A program made the position numbers and the translations under genes. Source: an uncultured Candidatus Saccharibacteria bacterium (GTDB lineage Bacteria > Patescibacteriota > Minisyncoccia > UBA9983). Taken from it: a stretch of DNA of 64,000 bases. The notes below the pieces were generated by a model, which searched no databases, was not told the origin of the DNA, and saw nothing but the letters and a program-made list of their open reading frames with translations. This document shows positions 19,227 to 28,742 of this stretch, one piece after another (the first letter of the stretch is position 1; each line of letters starts with the position of its first letter). The stretch is taken from assembly GCA_964456855.1 (NCBI GenBank), contig CAYWCU010000002.1, positions 792-64,791 on the forward strand, given 5' to 3'.

Positions 19227-19637
19227 TTAGGCTTCTTTTTCCGGACCTTTCTCTTCGTCTTTCTCTTCTCCTTCTTTGGAGTCTTCTTCTTCCGATGGCT
19301 TCTCCACCCCACTTATGATATTGGCAACCTCTTGGTAGATGTCTTTTTCCTCAATGCCGTTTCTCTGTAAAAACTTCTTCGCCTCTGGAGTAATTGCCGT
19401 CGTTCCGTCTTTGGCGACATAAAATGTGTGATGTTCGTCTTTGCCCTTCCCCGAGCAAAAGGCGACAAGATTAAAACCCCCTCCTTCCTTAGGTTTGATT
19501 ACAGAGATTGAATCTATCTTGCCCTCGTTTAACGGTTTTCTCGCCCCTTCCTCAATAGCTCCGGTAATTTCTTTTCCCTTATTCTTCAATGCCGCCAATT
19601 TGGCGAAAGGTCCCTCAAATACTTTTCCAAAATTCAT
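19227..19637 (-). CDS. Hypothetical protein with acidic tail
   Basis: 136-aa ORF with upstream TATAGT-like -10 and downstream hairpin; no family recognised. Confidence 0.7.
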   Translation of the reverse strand: MNFGKVFEGPFAKLAALKNKGKEITGAIEEGARKPLNEGKIDSISVIKPKEGGGFNLVAFCSGKGKDEHHTFYVAKDGTTAITPEAKKFLQRNGIEEKDIYQEVANIISGVEKPSEEEDSKEGEEKDEEKGPEKEA

Positions 19638-19745
19638 ATTTTTTATATTTTTTATATTTTACCGATAAATAACGACCTGTTAGGACTATAACACAAAAAA
19701 AGAAACTTATAAACACATTTTCCGGACATTTCTCTCACTCGCCCC

Positions 19746-19774
19746 AATCCACCGAAACCGGGTTTCGGTGGATT
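19746..19774. repeat. Dispersed REP-like palindrome, variant A
   Basis: AATCCACCGAAACC-G-GGTTTCGGTGGATT; core identical to 1127-1149. Confidence 0.85.
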
Positions 19775-19827
19775 ACAGGAGGTGTATTTGCGCTTGGTGC
19801 GTGAGAAAAATGCCCGGGAAAATGTTT

Positions 19828-20973
19828 TCATTGATTGAGGACGGAGATGATTTTTTTGATGAAGTTCTCCAAGCCATGGTTCTTAACAACAATCTCCCTC
19901 ATATCCGCAGATATTTTTTCTTTTTCATCGGGATTCAAGTCCATAATAAGTTTTATTTTTCCCGCCAGCGCCTCGGAGTCTTTTTTGGGATACATCAATT
20001 TTTCTTTGTATTCGCCAAGGACTTCCAACAGGGCTTCGTTGCAGGTTAGGATGGGCAGACCGCACGCCATTGCTTCAAGAATCGCCTTGTCCAAACTCCC
20101 TGTATGGCTCATATTAACAAACAAATCGGCTGATTGCAGGCGTGGCGCGATATCTTTGTTTGAGACGGCGCCAGCAAAATTTATAACGCCGGAAAGATTT
20201 TTTCGCGCCACCGTTTCTTTTAAGCCAGTAAGATACTTTTCTTGTTCGGGGAGCCCCGCGGCGCCGACAATATCAACTTTTATCTCCAGCCCGCCCTTTG
20301 TCAAAATTTCAACAGCGTTTATGAGCGTTTCGTAATCCTTCACGGGTGATATTCTTCCGATTGAAATAATTTTGAAAATGCCGTCATTTTTTCGGACTTC
20401 CGGACACGGTTTGAATTTTTCTGTATCAATCCCTTGCCCAACGACTTTTTTCTTTTTTGACGCAAGACGGAACCCGCTTTCAGTTGAGGTAAAAACGATG
20501 TCCGTCATTTTTTCCGCCAATTTCAAACTAGAGGGGACCGAACCGTGGGCATACCAAAGACCGATTTTCTTTCCCGTTAATTTCCAAAAGATTCCGCCCA
20601 AAATTACATAGATTTGATTCATATGGACGAAGACGGCGTCGTAGTTTTTTCGCTCGCGCCAGATGTATTTATAAAAATTAAAGATATACTTTAATTTTTT
20701 AGCAACTGACGGCTGAAAGCTGACGACTGAAAGCTGTTCTTTTCCAAGAGAAAGAACTTTAACCCCAGTACCAGAAAATTCCTTTGAATTTTCGCTACGG
20801 GGCTTCGCATTTCTGGCAGAGAAAAAATCATGTTCGCCCTCTTCCAAACATATGACGGTGATTTTTTCGCAATGCTTGGCGAACTCTTTAACCCATTGAT
20901 GGAAAAACCCCAAAACATCGTCGTTTGGGTCCATTTTTTGTGTGATTATCAATAACTTGACTTTTTTATTCAT
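19828..20973 (-). CDS. Glycosyltransferase family 4
   Basis: MNKKVKLLIITQK start at 20973; GRISPVK, GSLDKAILEAMACG. Confidence 0.92.
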   Translation of the reverse strand: MNKKVKLLIITQKMDPNDDVLGFFHQWVKEFAKHCEKITVICLEEGEHDFFSARNAKPRSENSKEFSGTGVKVLSLGKEQLSVVSFQPSVAKKLKYIFNFYKYIWRERKNYDAVFVHMNQIYVILGGIFWKLTGKKIGLWYAHGSVPSSLKLAEKMTDIVFTSTESGFRLASKKKKVVGQGIDTEKFKPCPEVRKNDGIFKIISIGRISPVKDYETLINAVEILTKGGLEIKVDIVGAAGLPEQEKYLTGLKETVARKNLSGVINFAGAVSNKDIAPRLQSADLFVNMSHTGSLDKAILEAMACGLPILTCNEALLEVLGEYKEKLMYPKKDSEALAGKIKLIMDLNPDEKEKISADMREIVVKNHGLENFIKKIISVLNQ

Positions 20974-21033
20974 ATCTATATTATATAAGTATAAATTCCT
21001 TCGGGATCGCCCTGAAAAGGGCATAAATTGGAT

Positions 21034-21456
21034 CTAGGAAAAATCGGCAAGCTTTAGCAGTTTGCCGATTTTTCTTTTCATATTCTCAAAGTCATCCGCA
21101 GAAATCATTCCCAACTTTTTAACCAGTCTTTTTGAATCTATCAGTCTTATTTGAGATAAAATAGCGCTGTTTTTCTTGTTTTTGAGATTGAAATTAAAGT
21201 AAAAAACGCCTGCCTTTTGTTTAGTTGTTAGCGGAACGCATAAAAAAACACTGTTGTTGAATTTCCTCAGCACGACGACGGGTCTGGAAAAATTCTCATT
21301 TTTCCCTTCTTGCTCAAAGCCGATATTTCTCCCAAGGGACGCGTAGAAAATATCCCGTTCTTTGAAAAACACCCGCCGGTCGCGGTCATTCAAGCCCTTT
21401 TTTAATGCGTTCCATTCATCAAATAAATTCATGTTTTTATCATTAGTGTTTGTCAT
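21034..21456 (-). CDS. PemK/MazF-family toxin, no adjacent antitoxin ORF
   Basis: FDEWN, LGRNIGFEQEGK..FSRPVVVLRK, VPLTT, ILSQIRLIDSKRL; start may be 21432. Confidence 0.88.
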   Translation of the reverse strand: MTNTNDKNMNLFDEWNALKKGLNDRDRRVFFKERDIFYASLGRNIGFEQEGKNENFSRPVVVLRKFNNSVFLCVPLTTKQKAGVFYFNFNLKNKKNSAILSQIRLIDSKRLVKKLGMISADDFENMKRKIGKLLKLADFS

Positions 21457-21514
21457 CGTTTTTGTCCACTTTTTGGGTAATTATCAGTAACTTGACTTTT
21501 TTATTCATATCTAT
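21453..21514 (-). repeat. Duplicated 5' start of the GT4 gene at 19828-20973
   Basis: MNKKVKLLIITQKVDKNDD versus MNKKVKLLIITQKMDPNDD; matches 20918-20979 with about 7 mismatches in 62 bp. Confidence 0.85.
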
Positions 21515-21590
21515 GTATAATTATTGCAATCACCACGGGTCAGACATGGATAAGGTTTCGTCCTTATCTAGGACTCCCGGCAAAACATCG

Positions 21591-22106
21591 TCAACTTCGG
21601 TTGGCGATGTTTTGTTTACTTCCGAGCTTCTTCACAAAACCATCCAAAAACAAAAACATACTGTTGTCTTTTAAAACTATTTTTAATAACTTGGAATACC
21701 TTTTGCGAGATGGCACTACTAATTTTCCAAGCTTTTCTTTCTCATTTAAGTATTCCACCAAGCATGCAAAATCCCCGTCACCGCTTACAATTACAGCTTT
21801 ATCAAAATTCGGATACTCAATCATTGTGTGCAAAACAAGTTCAGCGTCAACATTGCCCTTTACGCCCTCGGGATGGTTTTGCACCACGGGTTTAAACACC
21901 ATAACAAAACCCTCTTCTTTTAACTTTTTATATAATTTATCATTCTTTTTTATATACCCGATGAAAAGAAAGGCTTTTTCAACTCCATATTTCTCTTTCA
22001 AATACACGCGAAAGCGGGCAAAATCCAATTTCCAGCCCAAAGACAGTATGCTTAAATTCAAATTCTGGCTGTCTATAAACGCGTAATTTATCTCTTTTTT
22101 GTTCAT
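21591..22106 (-). CDS. NYN domain (PIN-like) nuclease
   Basis: AFIDSQNL, KGNVDAELV, VSGDGDF. Confidence 0.92.
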   Translation of the reverse strand: MNKKEINYAFIDSQNLNLSILSLGWKLDFARFRVYLKEKYGVEKAFLFIGYIKKNDKLYKKLKEEGFVMVFKPVVQNHPEGVKGNVDAELVLHTMIEYPNFDKAVIVSGDGDFACLVEYLNEKEKLGKLVVPSRKRYSKLLKIVLKDNSMFLFLDGFVKKLGSKQNIANRS

Positions 22107-22148
22107 TTTTTTGGTTTGTCCTTTTCATTATATAACAAATACGGATAA

Positions 22149-22993
22149 ATGGAGAGCAAAAAATTGGGCTCCTTTTAATTTCAGTTGCAACATTTTTTAG
22201 GGAAATCGGCGCTTCAATAGGCAAAGCCAAAGTACTGGATCATAAAGAAAGCATCTAGACGATGGGCTTTCTCAGTCTGCTTTGGGGGAGTATTTTTATC
22301 ATCAGTATCGGTTTTATACGGGATGATTTTGTTTTTTCAATGGCATCTCTGCCGACATTCGGGGCGAGAATAGTCATTGAAATAATGCAGATTCATGTGA
22401 TGCTGCTCGCAACGGTAAAGGCCGACAGGAGCACATGGGGATTTCTGCGAATTATTACAATCCCAATACTTCTGACAACGGATATATTCTTGGACTACAA
22501 GATAACGCCACTTCAAATTACCGGAATAGGAATCATAATTTTAAGCCTCATTATTCTTTTTATCAATCACGGCATCAAGAAAAAAGGAATGTGGCTTGTT
22601 TTGTTCACCGCGGTAAACAGCGCCGCCGCAATCTCCCTTTATAAATACGACATTACTCATTTTAATTCCGTGGAGGCTGAGCAAAGCATTATTATACTCA
22701 TTCTGATGGTTTATCTTTTTATAATGGCCGTTTTTGTCGCCAAAGAAAACCCTATTTTATTCTTGAAGAAACCGTTTTTTATTCTTCAATCAATAGCGGG
22801 AGGATTGAGTCCGGCGTTCTTGAGTTTCGCTTATTTGTTCGCCCCCGCTTCAGTCATCACCACGGGCAAGCGTTCATTTTCAATTCTTTGGTCTATGCTT
22901 TCCGGCAATATGTATTTCCATGAAAAAAATTTTTTGATTAAATTTTCCTCATTCACTTTAATCGTCGTTGGGCTTATACTCCTTTTCTTTTAA
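22149..22993 (+). pseudogene. EamA/DMT-like membrane protein, N-terminally disrupted
   Basis: Hydrophobic ORF 22262-22993; same frame continues upstream (IGLLLISVATFFREIGASIGK..ESI*TMGFL) past an in-frame TAG at 22256-22258; ATG 22149 is out of frame by 1 nt at an A6 run. Confidence 0.6.
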
Positions 22994-23015
22994 GTGAGAT
23001 GTGGAGGAAAAAAGA

Positions 23016-24650
23016 CTATTCCCCTGTCTTTATCATATATGTATCCTTGAGCCGGTAGCCGAGTTTTTTGTAATAGCCGCGAACTCCGACTCCTGAAATG
23101 ACCGCCATTTTTTTAAATCCCGCTTTTCGGGCGATTTTCTCCGCCTCGCCGACAAGGGCTTTGCCCATCCCCATATGCTGACTCTGTTCTCCTTTTTGGG
23201 CGATAGGCGCCAAGCGGCCGTAGGTGTGAAGCTCTCTTATTAAGGCGCTGTTTTTGAGAATATCCGGGATGCCGAGCGAAGTTTCAATTGAATCCGGCAG
23301 AAAGAGCCGGAGGAACGCCGCCAATTTATCCCCTTTTTTGTTTTCAAAGCTTAAAAATATTTCCTTTCCTCCCCAAACGGCATATTCAGTTTTTTTGAGT
23401 TTGAAGTCTTTTAATTTTATCTCATCTTCCCTCACCTCGCGACATCGGATGCACTTGCACTTCCATCTGTTTTTTTCTTGGTCGGAGGCGAGATATTGGC
23501 GCAAGTTTGAAATCTTGCTGCCCGCCGCGATGTAACCCCCCGGAATGTCCCTTATCAGTCTTATTATCCTGACATAAGGCGGGATAATCTTTTTTATTTT
23601 AACCAGAAGGTTGAGAAGCTTTTTTTCGGAGTAAGGTTTATGCTCTCCTTTTTTCCACTTGCCGTAAAGTCCCGCGCTCTTCAAAACAACGCAAGGGTAA
23701 ATCTTGAGCATATCCGGGAAAAAACGCTTGTCCGAAAAAAGTTTTTTGAAAGCCGTCAAATCTTTGGCGGGCGAACTTCCGTAAAGCCCCGGCATCATAT
23801 GATAAACTATTTTGAAGCCGAAGGAGCGCAAAAGCCTTGTTGCCCGAGCCACCGTATCCGTAGAAATTTCTCTTCTGTTCTTTTTCAGTATCTCCTCGTC
23901 CGTGTGCTGAACCCCAATTTCCACTTTGGTCACGCCCAATTCTCTCATGCCTTTCAATTCATCCGCGTTTATGAAATCCGGGCGCGTTTCAACGGACATG
24001 CCGACGATTCTGCATTTCGCCTTTTCATTGATTTTTTGAAGTTCGGCGAGGGTTTTCTCGCCTTTCTTTATCGGGCGCGCGCGCCCGATATTATCGCAAG
24101 CGCGAAAAATCTCGGAAACGAAATTTTCCCGATAGGAACGCTTGTAAAAATTCCAGGTTCCGCCTATGATTATTATTTCCGCCTTGTCCAAGGGGTGCCC
24201 ATTCGCATCTAACGCCTTTAGGCGGGAGATGACCTGCTTATATGGGCTGAAATTGTTTCTGAGCGCCCGCGCCGCCGCCGGTTCAAGAGAGAGATAACTC
24301 TTGGGCATTTTTCGCTCCGTGGGGCAATACAGGCAGTTTCCCGGGCAAGGAAACGGCTTCGTGAGTAAAGAAACGGCAACAATGCCGGAATTGCTTTTGG
24401 TTTTTCTTTTTCTCAACAGTCGCTCCAACGCCGGCGATTTTTTCTCCCCTTCTTTATCGGTCATTTCTCTGTAAAGGGCAAGGACTTCGGCGTTTGTGGG
24501 GAGAGGAAGGGTCTTGTATTTCGCCGATGTTCCTCTGTAGTTAATTTTCTTTTTTATTTTCAAAAGACGGCCGGAGAACTTCTCGTCAAGAACCATCCGC
24601 CTTTTCAACTTTTCCAGATCGTCCTCTGTTTTTATTGAATCAAAAATCAT
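23016..24650 (-). CDS. elp3: Elp3 radical SAM/acetyltransferase (tRNA U34 carboxymethyltransferase)
   Basis: SGIVAV..KPFPCPGNCLYCP, PKSY, GGTW, ETRPD, VEIGVQ, KIYP, CKCIRCRE, IRELHTYG, QHMGMG, ISGVGVRGYY; likely start ATG 24650. Confidence 0.93.
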   Translation of the reverse strand: MIFDSIKTEDDLEKLKRRMVLDEKFSGRLLKIKKKINYRGTSAKYKTLPLPTNAEVLALYREMTDKEGEKKSPALERLLRKRKTKSNSGIVAVSLLTKPFPCPGNCLYCPTERKMPKSYLSLEPAAARALRNNFSPYKQVISRLKALDANGHPLDKAEIIIIGGTWNFYKRSYRENFVSEIFRACDNIGRARPIKKGEKTLAELQKINEKAKCRIVGMSVETRPDFINADELKGMRELGVTKVEIGVQHTDEEILKKNRREISTDTVARATRLLRSFGFKIVYHMMPGLYGSSPAKDLTAFKKLFSDKRFFPDMLKIYPCVVLKSAGLYGKWKKGEHKPYSEKKLLNLLVKIKKIIPPYVRIIRLIRDIPGGYIAAGSKISNLRQYLASDQEKNRWKCKCIRCREVREDEIKLKDFKLKKTEYAVWGGKEIFLSFENKKGDKLAAFLRLFLPDSIETSLGIPDILKNSALIRELHTYGRLAPIAQKGEQSQHMGMGKALVGEAEKIARKAGFKKMAVISGVGVRGYYKKLGYRLKDTYMIKTGE

Positions 24651-24672
24651 ATAATTGGTTATACCATAAACA

Positions 24673-25374
24673 ATGAAAGAAGAGTTGGCAAGAAAAATAA
24701 TGGAGGATTCCGCCACCGGCTACGAAAAAATAGCCGAGCAGTTTTCGCGCACCAGATCTTCTTTTTGGAAGGAGCTTGATTTCATCAAAGAAGAAGTGAA
24801 AGGGGGCGACAAAATTCTTGACTTGGGATGCGGAAACGGAAGGCTTTACGAATTTTTGAAAGAGAAAAAGATTGAATACACCGGCGTTGATTCCTCGGAA
24901 AGGCTTTTGGAGTTGGCGAGAAAAAAATACGGGACGGAAGCGAAATTCATAAGGGGCGATGCCCTGAACCTTCCGTTCGCGAACGAGTCCTTTGATAAAA
25001 TAATTTCCATCGCCGTCCTTCATCACATTCCGTCCGAAAAATGGCGGAAAAAGTTTCTGGATGAAGCATGGCGTGTCCTAAAAAAAGACGGGGTTCTCAT
25101 TCTTTCGGTTTGGAATATGAGGCAAAAAAAATACGCTCCCCTTCTCGTGAAATATGCGTTTCTGAAAATCGCCGGGCTTTCACCGCTTGATTTCGGAGAT
25201 GTGCGTCTTGGGTGGAACGGGGAAAAAAATGTTCGCTTCGTCCACGCCTTCGGAAAAAGAGAATTGAGAAAACTGCTGGAGAAGAGCGGGTTTGCGATAA
25301 AAAAACTTTCGGCGGTCCGAAGAAAAAGCGGGCAAGGGAACCTTCTTGCTATAGCTGAAAAAAGAGAAAATTAA
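24673..25374 (+). CDS. Trm9/ALKBH8-like SAM-dependent methyltransferase
   Basis: YEKIAEQFSRTR..W, LDLGCGNG, FDKIISIAVLHHI, RVLK..G...LSVW resemble the Trm9/ALKBH8 methyltransferase domain. Confidence 0.75.
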   Translation: MKEELARKIMEDSATGYEKIAEQFSRTRSSFWKELDFIKEEVKGGDKILDLGCGNGRLYEFLKEKKIEYTGVDSSERLLELARKKYGTEAKFIRGDALNLPFANESFDKIISIAVLHHIPSEKWRKKFLDEAWRVLKKDGVLILSVWNMRQKKYAPLLVKYAFLKIAGLSPLDFGDVRLGWNGEKNVRFVHAFGKRELRKLLEKSGFAIKKLSAVRRKSGQGNLLAIAEKREN

Positions 25375-25420
25375 AAAGAGGGACGCGGCGCGCCCCTCAA
25401 AGAATGTTCTCTTTTATTTT

Positions 25421-25960
25421 TCAAAAAAACCTTTTGAACCACCCATTTTTGTTTTTTAATTTTCCTTTTCCAAGGTCTTCCAGCAGGGATATCTCACTTT
25501 CATAAAATATCCCGTTTTTTTTATACCATCTGGCACTTCCTCCATAATCGAAGTCCGTGCCAGCTACTAGAGAATATGCCGTCACTATTTCATATCCGTT
25601 AGCGACGGCTGACTCTGCCGTCGCCTTCACGCAACAGTCAGCGTAGATTCCCGTTAACAACAGGGTATCCACCCCCATATAATGAAGATGCCTGGAAAAC
25701 TCACTGCACTCAAACCCGTCCCAGCCGGATTTAAGAAAGAGTTTTCTCCGGCATTCCGGCACTCTTTCTATTTTTTTCTCAAGTGTCCGGACTGTGTCTC
25801 CATAGCCGGCATATTCCACAACGACAAGGGGAATCTCCCCCCCCACGCATAATTCCTTAATGACCATTATGCTTGCCTTGAGGATTCTTTTTGCATCCTT
25901 TTTTGCTATGTGACGCAAAAAACGCGCCTGCATATCTATCAGAACGACCGCCAGCTTCAT
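25421..25960 (-). CDS. Isochorismatase-family cysteine hydrolase
   Basis: VLIDMQ, K..WDGF, TGIYADCCVKATA. Confidence 0.88.
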   Translation of the reverse strand: MKLAVVLIDMQARFLRHIAKKDAKRILKASIMVIKELCVGGEIPLVVVEYAGYGDTVRTLEKKIERVPECRRKLFLKSGWDGFECSEFSRHLHYMGVDTLLLTGIYADCCVKATAESAVANGYEIVTAYSLVAGTDFDYGGSARWYKKNGIFYESEISLLEDLGKGKLKNKNGWFKRFF

Positions 25961-26068
25961 TTCAGACCTCCCAAATTATTTATTTTTCAAGATGCTTGTT
26001 TTCTTCACCATTCTCACACATCTTATCGCGTTTGTCAATCTTGCCACCCAGATTTTGCATAAACAAAT

Positions 26069-27168
26069 TTATCGGGAGCATTTTTCCCAGTCTTTTTTCG
26101 TTTGTTCCAGATATTCGTTTTTACCGAGAAAATTAAAGAGTGTGTTTTCGGCGCTCAGGGCGAGATTCGTCCGCAAAACCCTATCGCCAATCAACTTTAA
26201 AAGAGATTCCTCAAGTTTTTTCGCGTTCCCGACAGGAACGACAAGCCCGCTGTATCCGTCTTTTATTATTTCCCCCGCGATTCCGACATCCGTCATCACT
26301 ACAGGACAATTCGCCACCATCGCTTCAATGACGGTCCTTCCGTATCCCTCGTAATTTGAGGTGAGTAGAAAAAGGTCGGCGGTTTTATAGAAAGAAGCCA
26401 AATCGTCCGTCCAGTTTTCAAAAACGACGTTCGCTTTCAGTTTTCGGCTTTCAGCTTTCAGCTTGTTTTTTTCCGGACCGTCCCCGACTATAATCAGCCC
26501 GGTTTCGGGATATTGCTTGATGACGCCCTTCATCGCCTTAATCGCCATCCCGATGTTTTTCTCTTTCGTGAGCCGGCTCGCCATTAAAATAATGAAGTCA
26601 AATTGCGGATATTTTTCACGCAAGTTTGTTTTAACGGGCGCCTTTTTTATTTTTTCAACATCAACGAAAATAGGAAGAATGCTGACGGCTGACGGCTGAC
26701 GTCTTTCAAAGATTCTTTGATTCTTTGAGAAACAACACGAACTCAATCGGCGTATCTTAAGGAAAAATGGTAAACCAAAAAACGCAGAAAATTTTTCAGA
26801 GATTCTTTTCTGAACCAAGGGCTTGAAAAATCAGTGTGAATTTGCGCTTGAAATTTCGCCTTAAACTTGATTTTTAAAGCCAGTGCCAAAAGGTTCGTCA
26901 TCGCGTCTTGGGAAGTTACCAAAAATTTTCCGCTCTTCAAGAAATTTTTGGCGATTTTGTAACCTTGGACGAAATACAAAAAATTAAAACGGCTGTTCGT
27001 GGGATAAACCCAAGTGTTGCCAGAAATTCGCTCGGCTTTGAAACCCGGCTTCGTATAAACGATAATCCGCAATTCTTCGGTCAACTTTCCGTATTCAACC
27101 ATCCAGGACCGAACATCGGACCCTTCTTGAAAAATATTCTTATCCAAACTGAGCATTAAAACTTTCAT
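26069..27168 (-). pseudogene. GT4 glycosyltransferase copy 1, split by in-frame TGA and heptamer frameshift
   Basis: ORFs 26743-27168 and 26069-26818; TGA at 26743-26745 followed in frame by VRVVSQRIKESL; (GCTGACG)3 at 26681-26701 shifts frame; EGYGRTVIEA motif downstream. Confidence 0.85.
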
Positions 27169-27392
27169 TGTTTTATTGGTATTATAATAAACATTATAAC
27201 AGATTATCCGGCAAAAGCGCCTCGACGTGCGGCTATAAGTTTAATATGTATTATTGGATATGAAATCTATCATTGAAGAAGCAAAAAGTTTTCCGCATTT
27301 TATTTTAGATTTTCTTTAACTCTGATATGCTATACTCTAACAAAGGTCGGGTATCTATATTTATTATTTAAATTAAGAATTATTTAGTAAAT

Positions 27393-27959
27393 ATGCAAAA
27401 CATAATTACTCCCAAAAACTTGTTTACTTTGGCAATACTAGGATTTGTCGCCGTTTTCATTGTTCTGCCACTTACAACTCATGCATACTCGTACAGTGGG
27501 CAAAAGTGGTCAGGGACTACCGTATCAGTAGATGTTTCTGATCCATCATGGCCTAGCGCATGGATTTCTCCGCTCGCAAGTGCAATAAATGCGTGGAATG
27601 CAGCATCATCACCTTTCGCGTTTAATTCCGCCGCGACAGGTCATCAGTTCAAAACTTCAGCAAGTGGTGTAGGTAATCCTCTTGCTGTAACCGCTCGGAC
27701 TCCGTTGTCGGGTAACCCTATTACTGACATGGACACTACATTTAACACATCATATCCTTGGTCCACAAGCGGAGGCTCCAGTGCATACGACGTTCAAAAT
27801 GTCGCAACACATGAATTGGGGCATTGGTTGAGATTGCTTGATCTTTACGGTAGCGGGGACACAGAGGCAACAATGTACTACTCTGTATCTACTGGAGAAA
27901 TAAAGAAAAGATCGCTTGAAACCGATGATTTGGACGGCATTAATTATATTTACCCTTAA
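27393..27959 (+). CDS. Secreted matrixin-like (metzincin) metalloprotease
   Basis: Signal peptide, AINAWN, YDVQNVATHELGHWLRLLD, Met-turn ATMY, DDLDGINYIY. Confidence 0.85.
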   Translation: MQNIITPKNLFTLAILGFVAVFIVLPLTTHAYSYSGQKWSGTTVSVDVSDPSWPSAWISPLASAINAWNAASSPFAFNSAATGHQFKTSASGVGNPLAVTARTPLSGNPITDMDTTFNTSYPWSTSGGSSAYDVQNVATHELGHWLRLLDLYGSGDTEATMYYSVSTGEIKKRSLETDDLDGINYIYP

Positions 27960-27982
27960 GCCGGTAAAATTACTAAAAAAGT

Positions 27983-28588
27983 ATGAATAAACAAAATAAA
28001 TTCGTTATATTGCTCGTACTTGGAGTTCTCGCGGTCGGATTTGTAGGTGGCGGTATCGCTTATGTAAATCATCCCCAATCCGAGATTACAAAGACAACTA
28101 TTGATGCCTTATTGGCTTCCATCACTTCTGACGAATTGGTCAAGCAGTCAAATGGCGCAGTGCTCGGGACAGTGACAAATCTTAAGGTGGAGAAAATTCC
28201 TTCAAATATTCGACCAGGGAAAGAAGATATCGTGACTAACGCGACGATTAAAGTTGAAAAATATCTCTACAATCCCGAACAATTAACATCGGATGAACTT
28301 ATAGTACAGGTTGTCGGTGGTGTACTGAGAAGCGAAAGCATGAGCGCAGAAGAGTCTCCGTCATTCAAGATTGGTGATCGGGTTGTGGTATTCTTGTATA
28401 AAAAAGACAAGAGTCAGAGTGTATACACGGTCTATGGTTGGGCGCAGGGTAAGTATACCGTCGACAATAACGGCATTGTAGCTGTTGGAAACGAGTCCAT
28501 CTTTCTACGAGATGTTTTTGGGAAAGAACACATGACGCTTAATGAATTTGAAAACTCAGTTGCGTCGATCGTCTCGAAAATTCAGTAA
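27983..28588 (+). CDS. Membrane-anchored hypothetical protein, likely co-transcribed with the protease
   Basis: N-terminal TM helix; GG....AEESPSF..GDRVVVFL, QGKY. Confidence 0.7.
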   Translation: MNKQNKFVILLVLGVLAVGFVGGGIAYVNHPQSEITKTTIDALLASITSDELVKQSNGAVLGTVTNLKVEKIPSNIRPGKEDIVTNATIKVEKYLYNPEQLTSDELIVQVVGGVLRSESMSAEESPSFKIGDRVVVFLYKKDKSQSVYTVYGWAQGKYTVDNNGIVAVGNESIFLRDVFGKEHMTLNEFENSVASIVSKIQ

Positions 28589-28742
28589 CCAACTTCAAAT
28601 AATAACACGCCTCAAGTAAAAATTATCCTAAAGGAAAGAGTCCAGGGGAATAAGCTTGATAAGGCGGTTATGCCAGTCTGGTAAAATTTCTTAAAGAACG
28701 CGGAAAGATAAGGATAATATTATCTCCTCACGCCAAAAATCT

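Noticed and set aside
21540-21580. Hammerhead ribozyme suggested by GAGTCC..GGAC-GAAAC..GTC on the minus strand
   Set aside because: The CUGANGA core is absent and stem III would be only 2 bp; a simple hairpin explains the sequence
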